64,000 bases of DNA, taken from the NCBI GenBank assembly GCA_963701095.1, contig OY969564.1:2048001-2112000 (forward strand). Reading direction: 5' to 3'. Under the pieces are notes generated by a model that was given only the letters and a program-made list of their open reading frames with translations, was not told the origin of the DNA and did no database searches. Origin of the DNA: an uncultured Methanoregulaceae archaeon. Its GTDB lineage: Archaea > Halobacteriota > Methanomicrobia > Methanomicrobiales > Methanospirillaceae. The number at the start of each line of letters is the position of its first letter. Positions within the stretch are counted from its first letter, which is position 1. A program made the position numbers and the translations under genes. Positions 31,438-41,889 of this stretch are shown here, piece after piece.

Positions 31438-31952
31438 CCAAAAAGAAATCCCCGTCTGAAAAAACGGGAAAAAGGGGTCGTCCGCCCGCATTTAAACCCG
31501 AATTTCACTCTAAATTAGTACTCGAACTCGCAGAGCAGGGAAAGACCAATGCCGAGATCGCCGAAGGCATGGGAATATCAACCGGGACTTTGTGGGCTTG
31601 GGCTAAGAAATATCCTGAATTTCTAAGCGCCCTAAAGACCGGCAAGGAGGAAACCGACAAAGCGGCAGTGAAGACCCTCTTACAGCGTGCGATGGGATAC
31701 ACGACGACCGAAAAGAAAGTTATCCAGAATCCCGACGGCTCCACTCGTAAAGAAATTACGGAAAAATTCGTTGCTCCCGATACAACCGCCTTAATATTCT
31801 GGCTCAAGAACCGCCAGCCACAGGATTGGCGCGACAAGCACGAACAGGAGATCACCGGGAAAGAAGGTGTTCCATTATCAGGGCTCATGATCCCGCCCGA
31901 ATCGTTAAAAGACGTTGGTGATCTCCTCGCCAGAAAAAAGGAGCGAAAATAA
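31434..31952 (+). CDS. terminase small subunit
   Basis: RGRPP, HTH, PDTTALIFWLKNRQPQDWRDK. Confidence 0.85.
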   Translation: MTKKKSPSEKTGKRGRPPAFKPEFHSKLVLELAEQGKTNAEIAEGMGISTGTLWAWAKKYPEFLSALKTGKEETDKAAVKTLLQRAMGYTTTEKKVIQNPDGSTRKEITEKFVAPDTTALIFWLKNRQPQDWRDKHEQEITGKEGVPLSGLMIPPESLKDVGDLLARKKERK

Positions 31953-31953
31953 A

Positions 31954-32205
31954 ATGTCAGATACCAAAAACCTGGAACTCGAAAATGCAATGAAAATGCT
32001 AGACGAACTCAAACGGCACGATCCTGTCATCCAGCGGGGCCGGAGCGGGGAACTGATTTCCGCTTTTAAAATCTTCTGGGACTCGCACCCCACCGAACAG
32101 GTATTTTCCCGGCAGACCGACGGCTTGCTTTTCACGAACAGGATGGTTTATTACATGCATCTGCATCCCCTGCCGCTTCAGGAACAACCAAAGAAAGGGA
32201 AGTGA
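31954..32205 (+). CDS. viral hypothetical protein
   Basis: ORF coupled within the packaging operon. Confidence 0.5.
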   Translation: MSDTKNLELENAMKMLDELKRHDPVIQRGRSGELISAFKIFWDSHPTEQVFSRQTDGLLFTNRMVYYMHLHPLPLQEQPKKGK

Positions 32206-32534
32206 GCTGTCTCGTGAGTTTCAATGCCGATGCCCAGACCCTTGCTGATAAATACGGTATGGCGGTTAAAGAGATCCGGCTTATCGGGAAAGACGGGAAA
32301 CTATCTGATATCATAAAACCAGGTTATACGCCGAAAGGTTTTCTGACCATGGATTTCACGCGGATGCCGCTGAACAAGGATTTCTCTGATTTCACCGAAC
32401 GGTATAGGACCACGCTTCAGGAAGTCCGCATTATCTACCTCAATGGATGCGGCGCTTCCCAGTTCTTTCCGGCAGGCACACCGGACAAGGTTGTATTTAA
32501 CGCGAACATTCCTCCGGATGAGTTAAAACCGTAA
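32202..32534 (+). CDS. viral hypothetical protein
   Basis: GTGA overlap; 110 aa. Confidence 0.55.
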   Translation: MSCLVSFNADAQTLADKYGMAVKEIRLIGKDGKLSDIIKPGYTPKGFLTMDFTRMPLNKDFSDFTERYRTTLQEVRIIYLNGCGASQFFPAGTPDKVVFNANIPPDELKP

Positions 32535-32570
32535 CGTAATCCGGCTCATTGTCCCCAGTGATTTTATTGA

Positions 32571-34099
32571 ATGGCAGCCCGTACGATGTCCGATTCTGAT
32601 TATCAAAAATGCGTGACAGCTCAAACGAAGGGTATCCTTGTCAGTTCGTGCCGATGTTTTATCTTCCACATTTTTAATTATGTGATCGAACCACATCACG
32701 AGAACATCCTCGCCCACGTTGAGAGCTACCCGTTGACCCTTGACCTTGCTCCGAGAGGGTCAGGGAAAAGCCGGATTGTAACGATAGGCTATGCGGCGTG
32801 GCGGGCAATCGTGGACCCGGACATCCGTATCCTCATCCTCAGCGACACAGATGATCACGCAGTCCGGTTCCTCAATACCATAAAGACCGCCCTGCATCAG
32901 CATCCTCTTATTAAACAGCATTTCGGCCCGGTCGAGGGCGATAAGTGGACGGATCACCAGATCGTTCTTGCCGGCAGAAAGAAGATCCTTACCGAAGCCA
33001 CGATTACCGCCTTGGGTGCATATTCCGGGGCGGTCACGTCAGGACACTATGACCTTATCATCTGCGATGACCTGGTGAACTTCGAGAACAGCCGGACAGA
33101 AGGTGGCCGGGCCCGGATGCTCGAATGGTTCAAACAGACCCTTCTGCCGACACTGATACCGGGGGAGAGCTGCACGTTGTCGGCACCCGGTACCATTTTC
33201 TCGATCTTTACCAGATCATGATTGACGAGCTCAAATACGATACCAAAATCCAGCGGGCAATCATCCAGACCGAAGACGGCGAACATTCGATCTGGGAAGA
33301 GTATATGCCGCTTCTTGACCGGTGCGATGCGGTGACCGGTAAAAAAACCGAGGGGCTCAAAACCATCCAGGAAAACCTGGGCCCGGTTGTGTTCAATCTC
33401 CAGTACCAGAACGATGCCGAACTCATGAAGAAAGGCAGTATCTTTGAATATGACTGGTTCCGCTGGTACGAGATGGAAACACGGGAAGATGGCAGCCTGT
33501 GGATTCTCCGGTCGGACATGGCGCCGGTCGCGGTCAGCAAACTTACGATCTATGCGGGAGTAGACCCAAGCATCGGAGAAGGTGACCAGAGTGATTTCTT
33601 CTCGGTCTGCGTGATAGGCGTCGACCGTTTCACGAAAGAGATCTTTGTGCTCGATATTTTCAAAGGCCGGCTTTCGTACGATAACCGGGCCCGGATCGTG
33701 GATGCGAAGTACCAGCAATGGCATCCGTCTATTATCGGCATAGAAGATGTGGCCTTCCAGAAGGAATTCGTCCAGAGGGTACGGCAGACATTCCCCTATA
33801 TCAGGGTCAAGGAGATAAAAACAACGAAAGATAAGGTCAGCCGGGCGTATGGCCGGAGTGGCCTCGTCCAGAATGGTAAAGTTTTCGTTAAGAAAGGGAT
33901 GGCTGATTTTGTTGAAGAATTGTGCATTATGCCGGACGGCGCCCACGATGACCAGTTCGACGCATTTGATTTTGCCGTCGCGGTATCCGAGTCTGCGCAG
34001 GGTGGTGCAAAGAGTACACCGCTCCCGGGTTCAGGGAAATGGACGGGCGGCATGAAAACCGGTGAATGTGAACCGATCTGGAAGCAATTGTACAGGTGA
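32571..34099 (+). CDS. terminase large subunit (frameshift in G-run near 33165)
   Basis: APRGSGKS, LIICDD, VVGTRYH, AGVDPS, HDDQFDA. Confidence 0.92.
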
Positions 34100-34102
34100 A
34101 CG

Positions 34103-35764
34103 ATGGGTATTCTGAATAAAGTGAAAAAAGCGACTGCGGCTGGTCTCGGCACATTCTCTCGTGTCATGAAGGCACCCAGCTACAGTGAAGAGATAGAAGC
34201 GGATCTTGCGTACCGGCGCCGTGTTGCACTGCGTAAAAGTAGCCGGTACTCTGATTCGCTCAACAAATACGAGGTCACATCCGTAGACCAGGCACGGGCA
34301 TTGAATATACGTGCCAACCAGCTCATGCATGACCCTATGCGACGGGCGATCTATTCGGTCAATTCCTACATGAACATCTTCGGGATTCCCCGCCCGACCT
34401 TCTGGAAAGCCGATAATGACCGCCTTGCCCGGAACGCCATCTATGCCGTATGCGAGAAACGGATTATGGATACGGTTGAGACGGTCGAATGGGATGTCAC
34501 CGATGCCAATAAGGAAAGCGTCCAATCAGCCGTCCAATTCCTTAAAAAACCCAACCCGCAGCAGACATTCCAGATCCTTCTTAAACAGACTATCCCGGAT
34601 CTCCTGCGCTACGATCAGGCGTGTTGGGTCAAGACCCGGTCGATTGCCGGTAAGATTCTCGAACTGAAAGCATACAGTGGTCCGGAATTCTGGATCGAGG
34701 TCGATAACCATTTCAATGAAATCATGGGGCAATACGGCCTTTCCTATTTTGGTCCCTGGTCACACGGGTATGTGAAACGGTACTGGCAGCATTCAAAACC
34801 CGGTATCTACATTCCTTTCGCGCCAAAAGATGTCTGTTTCCTGATGATGTATCCCCGTGCGGATTCTATTTACGGGACGGATTTCATCCAGCAGATCCGG
34901 TGGCAGCTCGAATACCTCATCGATAGCACCAAAGCCGCCGGGATGACCTTTGCGAACGGTGTTGGGCCCTCAATGGTATGGAAACATCCTGACCTTAACA
35001 GCATCGAACAGCTGGAAGAGCGTGGGATGGAAGTCGAGCTCGAAAACAAAGGCCCGGAGAATTTCGGCAATATCCTTCACCTTATCGGGCAGGAAGATAT
35101 CAGCACCATTTTCCCTGAGCTCATGAACATGCAATGGCTCGAAGGCCAGAAGTTGATCTCGTCGATTGTCTGGGCGATGTTCGGGTTTTCTGCGTCTGAA
35201 TTCACCGGGGACGATGTTAATCGTGCGACCGCTTATATCAACCAGAATATCACTAAAAGCAAGATGCTGGCTCCGCTTCTCCGGCATCTCGAAACAGTCA
35301 TCAACGATGAAGTCCTGCCCGAACTCGATGGCTATCAGGAAGGCTGGACGTTTGCGTTCAAACCGGTTATCGAACTCGACGATAAGATCAAGGAAATGCA
35401 ATATCTCCAGACGCAGGCCCAGGTCGTAAAATCATACGTGGATATGAATGTCCCATTGGAAGAGGCTATGCGGCTCGCGGAAGTCGAGGAAGAGCATATC
35501 ACTTCGGTTACAACCGCCATGAATACTGTGAATCAGAAGGATTCGATGGAAGCAGCATACCACCGATTGCTTCAGGCCAACAACCTGCCGCCCAATCCGG
35601 GAATAGCATCCGCACCAGATGAAACATACCAGAAGCCTCTTGCTGATCCCGGCGTAGCGCCACCATCGGGCCCACACCGGGAGGGATATCAGGGAATTGC
35701 CGAGACTGACAGTGGCAGACCGGAGGATGACGGGCAGACCAATAAGAAGCCTATCGGACGTTGA
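34103..35764 (+). CDS. portal protein (HK97-like)
   Basis: follows terL; KKPNPQQT, IYGTD, FANG.GP, LAPLLRHLE..IN. Confidence 0.85.
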   Translation: MGILNKVKKATAAGLGTFSRVMKAPSYSEEIEADLAYRRRVALRKSSRYSDSLNKYEVTSVDQARALNIRANQLMHDPMRRAIYSVNSYMNIFGIPRPTFWKADNDRLARNAIYAVCEKRIMDTVETVEWDVTDANKESVQSAVQFLKKPNPQQTFQILLKQTIPDLLRYDQACWVKTRSIAGKILELKAYSGPEFWIEVDNHFNEIMGQYGLSYFGPWSHGYVKRYWQHSKPGIYIPFAPKDVCFLMMYPRADSIYGTDFIQQIRWQLEYLIDSTKAAGMTFANGVGPSMVWKHPDLNSIEQLEERGMEVELENKGPENFGNILHLIGQEDISTIFPELMNMQWLEGQKLISSIVWAMFGFSASEFTGDDVNRATAYINQNITKSKMLAPLLRHLETVINDEVLPELDGYQEGWTFAFKPVIELDDKIKEMQYLQTQAQVVKSYVDMNVPLEEAMRLAEVEEEHITSVTTAMNTVNQKDSMEAAYHRLLQANNLPPNPGIASAPDETYQKPLADPGVAPPSGPHREGYQGIAETDSGRPEDDGQTNKKPIGR

Positions 35765-35902
35765 ACATATTGGGATTTTATGGGATTATAAATGGGTGCG
35801 AATTCGGCGAAATCTCAAGGTATGGGGGGATTAGGCTCCGTAGTTCGTTTTAATCACTCGTATCAGCTAAACTTATCTGATAGTTCATAATATTACTGTT
35901 CA

Positions 35903-38464
35903 ATGGTAGAGAATAAACCTGAAACTATAATAGAGACTTTTGAATCAAAGGTGAAAAAACTTGACGACACAATTACGGAAGATGTGACCGCATTAAAAGC
36001 AAATAAAAATCAGACTATAACCAAAATAACAAATATTAATGAAAAAATCAACTCCGAACACGTCCAATTTAAACAAGTCCTAATCAAAAACGGCGAAAAT
36101 TTTAAAATAGATCTTGGAAAAAGATATAATCTTTATCTTAAAAAGACCGCCTCTGTTAAAGAAAAACTCACAACGGTATCGACGCGACTCTTTAATTCTC
36201 AATACTTCGCAATTTGTGTTCTGTTACTAAGTATTATATTTTTTTTGACACATTTACCTTCGATTTCTGATGTATTTCAAAATTCAGTTATTAATGGGAT
36301 TATTCCGGTTTTACTTGTTTTCACTATTATCAGTTTTGTAATTTTCACTCGCGAAACGTTTAAAAAAATCAATGAAGTAAATCCTGAACCTATTGAGGAT
36401 TTAACTACGGATTTAAATGGCGTTGAATTTGAAGATGTGAGCGTTTATGATTTTAAGGAAGATATCATTGAACAAAAACGGAGCACAGATCAACTAATTT
36501 CTTCAGCACAATCGGCGTTAGATATCATCCTATATAAAATTCCTATGTACAAAGATTATGTTGAAGATGAACATTTTAGGAGAAAATGGGAACTTGGGTG
36601 TGATGAGTACCAGAATGCTTTGAAGTTTTTTGGCTTAAATTATAAGGTTCAATTTCAAAAACTTAAGGATAAGCCGAATATTGACTCAAAAAGAGTTGAT
36701 GATTCGATATTAGATTCACACATTCTTAGTGATGTTTCAATGACTCTGAACATATCGTCTGCAATTGTTCAGATCTTAGTTCAATATTATCGAGGGAACA
36801 ACGCTCAAATTCTCTGGGAGGAAATTAAAAAGGATACATACAAATTTCAGTTGTTATCTCATACGTTATACAACTCAAATCAGATAGATATCGATAGATT
36901 GAGATTATCTGAAACAGATTTTCAAAATATTATCTTAAAAACAAAAGAGTTCAGTATTAGCCAGATCTCTAAAAATTCATCATTATTTGTTCAAATAAAG
37001 TTAAAACTCGAAAATTATGAAAAAATATTAATTGAAAATGAGATACCGCTAGAAAAGACGACTGATTTTGATGAATTAATCAATTCAATTAATTTCAACC
37101 AGACCTTTGAAAAGAATTTTTTAAATGTACTCTCTCATAAAATCATTCCGATTCTCCCGGTCGAACAAACTCAAGCATACGAAAAAGCGATTATTGCAAT
37201 TTTGCTTAACGATGAAATACTATTCAAAGATATAGTATGTAAAGATGCTAAAGATGATGATACTGTTCTTGTTTTAATGACATATCACGAGATGTTGCGA
37301 GAAAGAAAAGAAAATAAGCAAGTATTCAAATTGAATGATTTATTAGTCAATTTGCATATATTGGAATCAACTAAAGAAAGAATTCAAACCGAAGTTGAAC
37401 TAAAGAATCGTTTTGTTTATTTCAAGAATGATTTGTCTCGTGGTTTTTGGTGGGATGACGGATTATCATTACAACGGAAAATGTTTGATGATCTAAAACA
37501 GGATTTCAGTCAAAAAATCGATAAATTAGATAGGTCTATAATTATTACAAAATTATTTGAAAAAACCTTTACAGAAATTAATATCAATACAGTTGATAAG
37601 GCCATTGATGCGAATTTATTTTCGACTTATCTAATACTCACAAGCGCCAGTAAAGGGCACCTACTTCCTTTTTTGGATCCAATTAGTATAAGAAATCCTG
37701 ATAAGACAAAAAAAGATTTTTCAGAATTAAAGACATACGAGAAAAAATATGGAATAACCTTAATAAAGGACGGTAAGCCGAAATATGATTTCACGAATTA
37801 TTCAACTAGGACAAGAATAGGTGTTCTCCCGCGAAATACAAATTTTTTAGCCTTCGTTCAAGAAATGAAAGATGATGTCAACAAAATTTTGCAAGCCGAA
37901 TCCCAATTTGCTGAAGAAGAAATGGAAGATATTGGATTGGCTATTATTCGCGTAACGCCATCAAAATATAGTTTCGGTTTACTTGATGATGAGATTGAGA
38001 AAAGCAGTAATGTAAGAACAAAAGATTTACATATTGCAAAAATTATCGCAATTTTAGCTAAAGATTATACTTCGAATTCGGAGCAATATCTTATGTCCGC
38101 ATTCGACGGAAAGATAAACCTAACAGAAATTTTTAATCAATTGTCAATCTTTGAATTGATTCCAGCAAAAGAAATGGATCTCTCTCCAGAATATGAAGGA
38201 TTTTTAAAAAGTGATAGCCTAAAAAAGGCTATTTTAGCTTCCCTAAAGAAAGAGGGGATATCCAGTATTAAGGTATTATCAAAAACCGTTAGAAGCAATA
38301 AAGAAAATCATATATTTTTGAAATCTATAATTAGCGAAGCAATTGTTGATGAATATTTTAAAAGAAAAGGTGTAACGATTCAAACGTCCCGATTGAATTT
38401 TTTAATGAGCGAATTAATGAAATCACTTGATTCCATTGCCGAGTTGATGGAAAATTTATCCTGA
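35903..38464 (+). CDS. large AT-rich hypothetical protein with coiled coil and two TM helices
   Basis: 853 aa; hydrophobic segments near residues 100-150; AT-rich. Confidence 0.75.
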   Translation: MVENKPETIIETFESKVKKLDDTITEDVTALKANKNQTITKITNINEKINSEHVQFKQVLIKNGENFKIDLGKRYNLYLKKTASVKEKLTTVSTRLFNSQYFAICVLLLSIIFFLTHLPSISDVFQNSVINGIIPVLLVFTIISFVIFTRETFKKINEVNPEPIEDLTTDLNGVEFEDVSVYDFKEDIIEQKRSTDQLISSAQSALDIILYKIPMYKDYVEDEHFRRKWELGCDEYQNALKFFGLNYKVQFQKLKDKPNIDSKRVDDSILDSHILSDVSMTLNISSAIVQILVQYYRGNNAQILWEEIKKDTYKFQLLSHTLYNSNQIDIDRLRLSETDFQNIILKTKEFSISQISKNSSLFVQIKLKLENYEKILIENEIPLEKTTDFDELINSINFNQTFEKNFLNVLSHKIIPILPVEQTQAYEKAIIAILLNDEILFKDIVCKDAKDDDTVLVLMTYHEMLRERKENKQVFKLNDLLVNLHILESTKERIQTEVELKNRFVYFKNDLSRGFWWDDGLSLQRKMFDDLKQDFSQKIDKLDRSIIITKLFEKTFTEININTVDKAIDANLFSTYLILTSASKGHLLPFLDPISIRNPDKTKKDFSELKTYEKKYGITLIKDGKPKYDFTNYSTRTRIGVLPRNTNFLAFVQEMKDDVNKILQAESQFAEEEMEDIGLAIIRVTPSKYSFGLLDDEIEKSSNVRTKDLHIAKIIAILAKDYTSNSEQYLMSAFDGKINLTEIFNQLSIFELIPAKEMDLSPEYEGFLKSDSLKKAILASLKKEGISSIKVLSKTVRSNKENHIFLKSIISEAIVDEYFKRKGVTIQTSRLNFLMSELMKSLDSIAELMENLS

Positions 38465-38643
38465 TAGAATCTCCATATTTTGGGAAGTTTGAGGTTTTAA
38501 TATCAATATTTGGCTACAACCCTGTCGGAATTCAATGAAAAGTGATATCGTCGTAAGACGTCAATGATAACAAATTGAAAGTCCAAAAAGGCAATAGAAC
38601 CTTATTGATTTCCATCCATCTATCAACGTAACAAAAACATAAA

Positions 38644-41600
38644 ATGGAAAAGATAGATTTAACGGCAAACAAACTTCAAAATAACAATAGTCCACAGGGA
38701 GATATATCTTCAATGTCTAATGACCTGACCTTTATCACCAACGAAAATAACAGGACGTTATATGACCGGTTTAATACACTTATCAATAACACTTCTCTTT
38801 TTGATTGTCTTGTTGGGTATTTTTTCACAAGTGGTTTCAATAAAATATATCGTTCATTAGAGAATACAGAGAAGATTCGTATTCTCATTGGCATCAGCAC
38901 GAACCCACAGACGTATAAATTGATTCAAAATGCACAGCAACAGCAAAGACTGGTTTCCGATTATGAAGTAAAGGAAACCTATAGTCAATCTATTGTGCAG
39001 GAATTTGACGAGTCTCCAGATAATTCCGATGTTGAGACTGGCGCGAAAAAATTTGTTGACTGGATCCTTTCAAAAAAACTCGAAGTTCGTGCATATCCCA
39101 CGGAAAAAATTCACGCTAAAGTCTATATCATGACCTTTAAACAGGGTTCGGTTGATGTTGGCCGGGTTATCACAGGTTCAAGTAATTTCACAGAAGCAGG
39201 TTTACAGCACAATCTTGAATTTAATGTGGAACTGAAGGATCGCAGAGACTATGAATACGCCCTTGAAATGTTCAATAAATTGTGGGCCGAATCAGTGGAT
39301 GTCTCGGAGAAATATGTTGAGACGATCAAAACAAAAACTTGGCTGAATGATGAGATTAAACCCTATGAACTCTACCTGAAACTATTGTATGAATATTTCA
39401 AGGACCGTCTTCTCCTCGATAGTTACGAATTGGAACAGGGCATTATTCCTGACAACTTCATGGATCTCAAATATCAGCGAGATGCGGTTCAGGATGCCAA
39501 ACAGATCCTCGAATCATATGGCGGAGTTTTTATTTCTGATGTTGTCGGTCTTGGTAAAACCTACACGACAACGCTTCTTGCCCGAGAACTAGACGGCAGG
39601 TCTCTAGTAGTAGCCCCTCCCGGATTACTTGACCGGAATAACCCGGGTTCCTGGCCAAATGCATTTGGAGAATTCGGTGTCAGGCAGGGAGAATTTGAAT
39701 CAATCGGGAAGCTCGACTCAATAATTGAGAACGGGGTTGATCGTTTCAAGAATGTAATTATTGATGAATCACATGCATTCAGAAATGAAGAAACCCAGAG
39801 ATATGAAAAACTCGCCCAGATATGTAAGGGGAAACGGGTTATTCTCGTATCTGCCACACCGCTGAATAATACCCCCCAGGACATTGTTGCCCAAATCAAG
39901 CTCTTTCAGGATGGACACAAATCCACCCTACCTAATCCGATTGTGAAGGACCTTGATGCGTATTTTGGAAAGCTCCAAAGACGGCTTGACAACGTAAACC
40001 GGAAGGAAAATCCGAAAGAATACATCAAGATAATGCAAGAAAATTCTGCAGAAATCCGAAAAAATGTTCTTGATTATCTGATGGTGAGAAGGACTAGAAC
40101 CGTTATTGAAAAATATTACAAGAGCGATCTTCGGGTTCAGGGTCTGAAATTCCCCAAGGTCGACGATCCCAAACCCGTGTACTACAATTTTGAAAAAGAT
40201 GTTGAACTTGCATTTAATGAATCGTTGAAATTGATTACTAAATCTCTCAAGTACAGTCGATATACTCCCCTTTTATATCTTAAAAAGATTGACCAGCGCG
40301 AACGAATGGGTCAGATAAATATGGGAAGGTTCATGAAGGTCCTTCTTTTGAAAAGACTGGAGAGCAGTCAATATGCATTCAAGATGTCAATCGGCCGATT
40401 TATCCATTCATATGAACGGGTAATCGAAGAATATGAAAAAGGCTTTGTCTATGTCAGCCGAGATTATGCCCAGAAAATTTTTGATCTTCTTGAGAGCGGG
40501 AGTTATGAGATAATCGAGAAGATGATCGATGAAGATCGTGCTACAAAATATGCCATTGACCAGTTTGATGAATCGCTGATAAGTGATTTAAAAAGCGATC
40601 TCGATGTCCTGAAAAAAATTAGGGGATTGTGGGAAACGATCACTATTGATCCTAAACTTGAAGAGTTCAAGAGACTTCTTGCCAAAGATAAAATCCTGAA
40701 GGAAAACAAACTCCTGGTATTCACCGAAGCAATGGAAACGGCAGAGTACCTTGAGAAGAAACTCAAATCCGAAGCATTTTCTGGAGCTGGAGTACGGTAT
40801 TTCTCCGGTACTGAAGGAACGACCAACAGAAATGAAATCATCCGGAATTTTGATGCGACGTCGCGGAATCAAAGAGATGATTTCCGAATCCTGATAACAA
40901 CCGATGTTCTTTCCGAAGGAATGAACCTGAACCGGTCGAATGTAGTGATTAATTATGATATCCCCTGGAATCCGGTCCGGATGATGCAGCGGGTCGGTCG
41001 TATTAACCGCGTGGCTAAGCGATTGCCCTATGACACAATTCATACGTACAACTTTTTCCCGACTGGTAATATTGAAGAAGAGATCGGCCTGGAATCTGCA
41101 GCAGAAGCAAAAATAGAAGCATTTATCGAAATGCTGGGAGACGATGCCCCACTCCTTCTAGATGAGGAGGTAAAATCCCATGAATCACTATTCAAGAAAT
41201 TGAATTCCCGGGAAATCATTGTTGGTGAAGAAGAGGATGACCTGGAGCTTGCGTATCTTCAGGAAATCCGAAAAGTCAGGGATGAAGAAAAGGAATTATT
41301 TGATAAGATCAAGAAACTTCCAAAGAAGGCCCGTTCCTGCAAAAAATCTGATATTGATGGAGTTATCACATTTTTAAGACGCGGGGATATGAGTAAATTT
41401 TATCTTAACGATAAAAACTCAGTTAAAGAAGTTGATTTTGTTATCGCTGCAGGGCAGGCGAAAACCCAGAAAAATACAAAACGTTGTCCGCTTTCCGAAT
41501 CGTTCTACACATTACTCGAAGCAAACAAAAAAGCGTTTGATATTGTTTTTCATTTCGATGAACTGGGACTGGGGCATGCTGCAGCCAGTACTGCAGAGGG

Positions 41601-41889
41601 AAAAGTCGACCGACGACTTAGGGCCATAGACAAGAAGCCCCTGGTTGAAGAGGACGAGGAATATCTCAAACAGGTATTTGGTTTGATTGAACGTGGCGCT
41701 ATACCGAAAAATACGATCAAACGAATCTGGGATAAGATAAAGGATGAGGATAATTCTCTCAAAATCGTGTCAGTATTGAAACTCAATCTACCGGAAGCAT
41801 ATTTCTCGGAGACCTATTCGGTTGATAAAATGTCAAGGATGGGTAAAAAAGAAGTAATTCTTTCAATGGAGCTGGTATCACATGGATGA
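38644..41889 (+). CDS. PLD(HKD)-nuclease / SNF2-like helicase fusion
   Basis: HAKVY...GSSNFT; DVVGLGKT, IDESH, SATP, SEGMNL, QRVGRINR; start may be 38713. Confidence 0.9.
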   Translation: MEKIDLTANKLQNNNSPQGDISSMSNDLTFITNENNRTLYDRFNTLINNTSLFDCLVGYFFTSGFNKIYRSLENTEKIRILIGISTNPQTYKLIQNAQQQQRLVSDYEVKETYSQSIVQEFDESPDNSDVETGAKKFVDWILSKKLEVRAYPTEKIHAKVYIMTFKQGSVDVGRVITGSSNFTEAGLQHNLEFNVELKDRRDYEYALEMFNKLWAESVDVSEKYVETIKTKTWLNDEIKPYELYLKLLYEYFKDRLLLDSYELEQGIIPDNFMDLKYQRDAVQDAKQILESYGGVFISDVVGLGKTYTTTLLARELDGRSLVVAPPGLLDRNNPGSWPNAFGEFGVRQGEFESIGKLDSIIENGVDRFKNVIIDESHAFRNEETQRYEKLAQICKGKRVILVSATPLNNTPQDIVAQIKLFQDGHKSTLPNPIVKDLDAYFGKLQRRLDNVNRKENPKEYIKIMQENSAEIRKNVLDYLMVRRTRTVIEKYYKSDLRVQGLKFPKVDDPKPVYYNFEKDVELAFNESLKLITKSLKYSRYTPLLYLKKIDQRERMGQINMGRFMKVLLLKRLESSQYAFKMSIGRFIHSYERVIEEYEKGFVYVSRDYAQKIFDLLESGSYEIIEKMIDEDRATKYAIDQFDESLISDLKSDLDVLKKIRGLWETITIDPKLEEFKRLLAKDKILKENKLLVFTEAMETAEYLEKKLKSEAFSGAGVRYFSGTEGTTNRNEIIRNFDATSRNQRDDFRILITTDVLSEGMNLNRSNVVINYDIPWNPVRMMQRVGRINRVAKRLPYDTIHTYNFFPTGNIEEEIGLESAAEAKIEAFIEMLGDDAPLLLDEEVKSHESLFKKLNSREIIVGEEEDDLELAYLQEIRKVRDEEKELFDKIKKLPKKARSCKKSDIDGVITFLRRGDMSKFYLNDKNSVKEVDFVIAAGQAKTQKNTKRCPLSESFYTLLEANKKAFDIVFHFDELGLGHAAASTAEGKVDRRLRAIDKKPLVEEDEEYLKQVFGLIERGAIPKNTIKRIWDKIKDEDNSLKIVSVLKLNLPEAYFSETYSVDKMSRMGKKEVILSMELVSHG

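Noticed and set aside
32571..34099. terminase pseudogene or programmed frameshift
   Set aside because: A single missing G in a G-run restores IPGGELHVVGTRYH, consistent with a sequencing error
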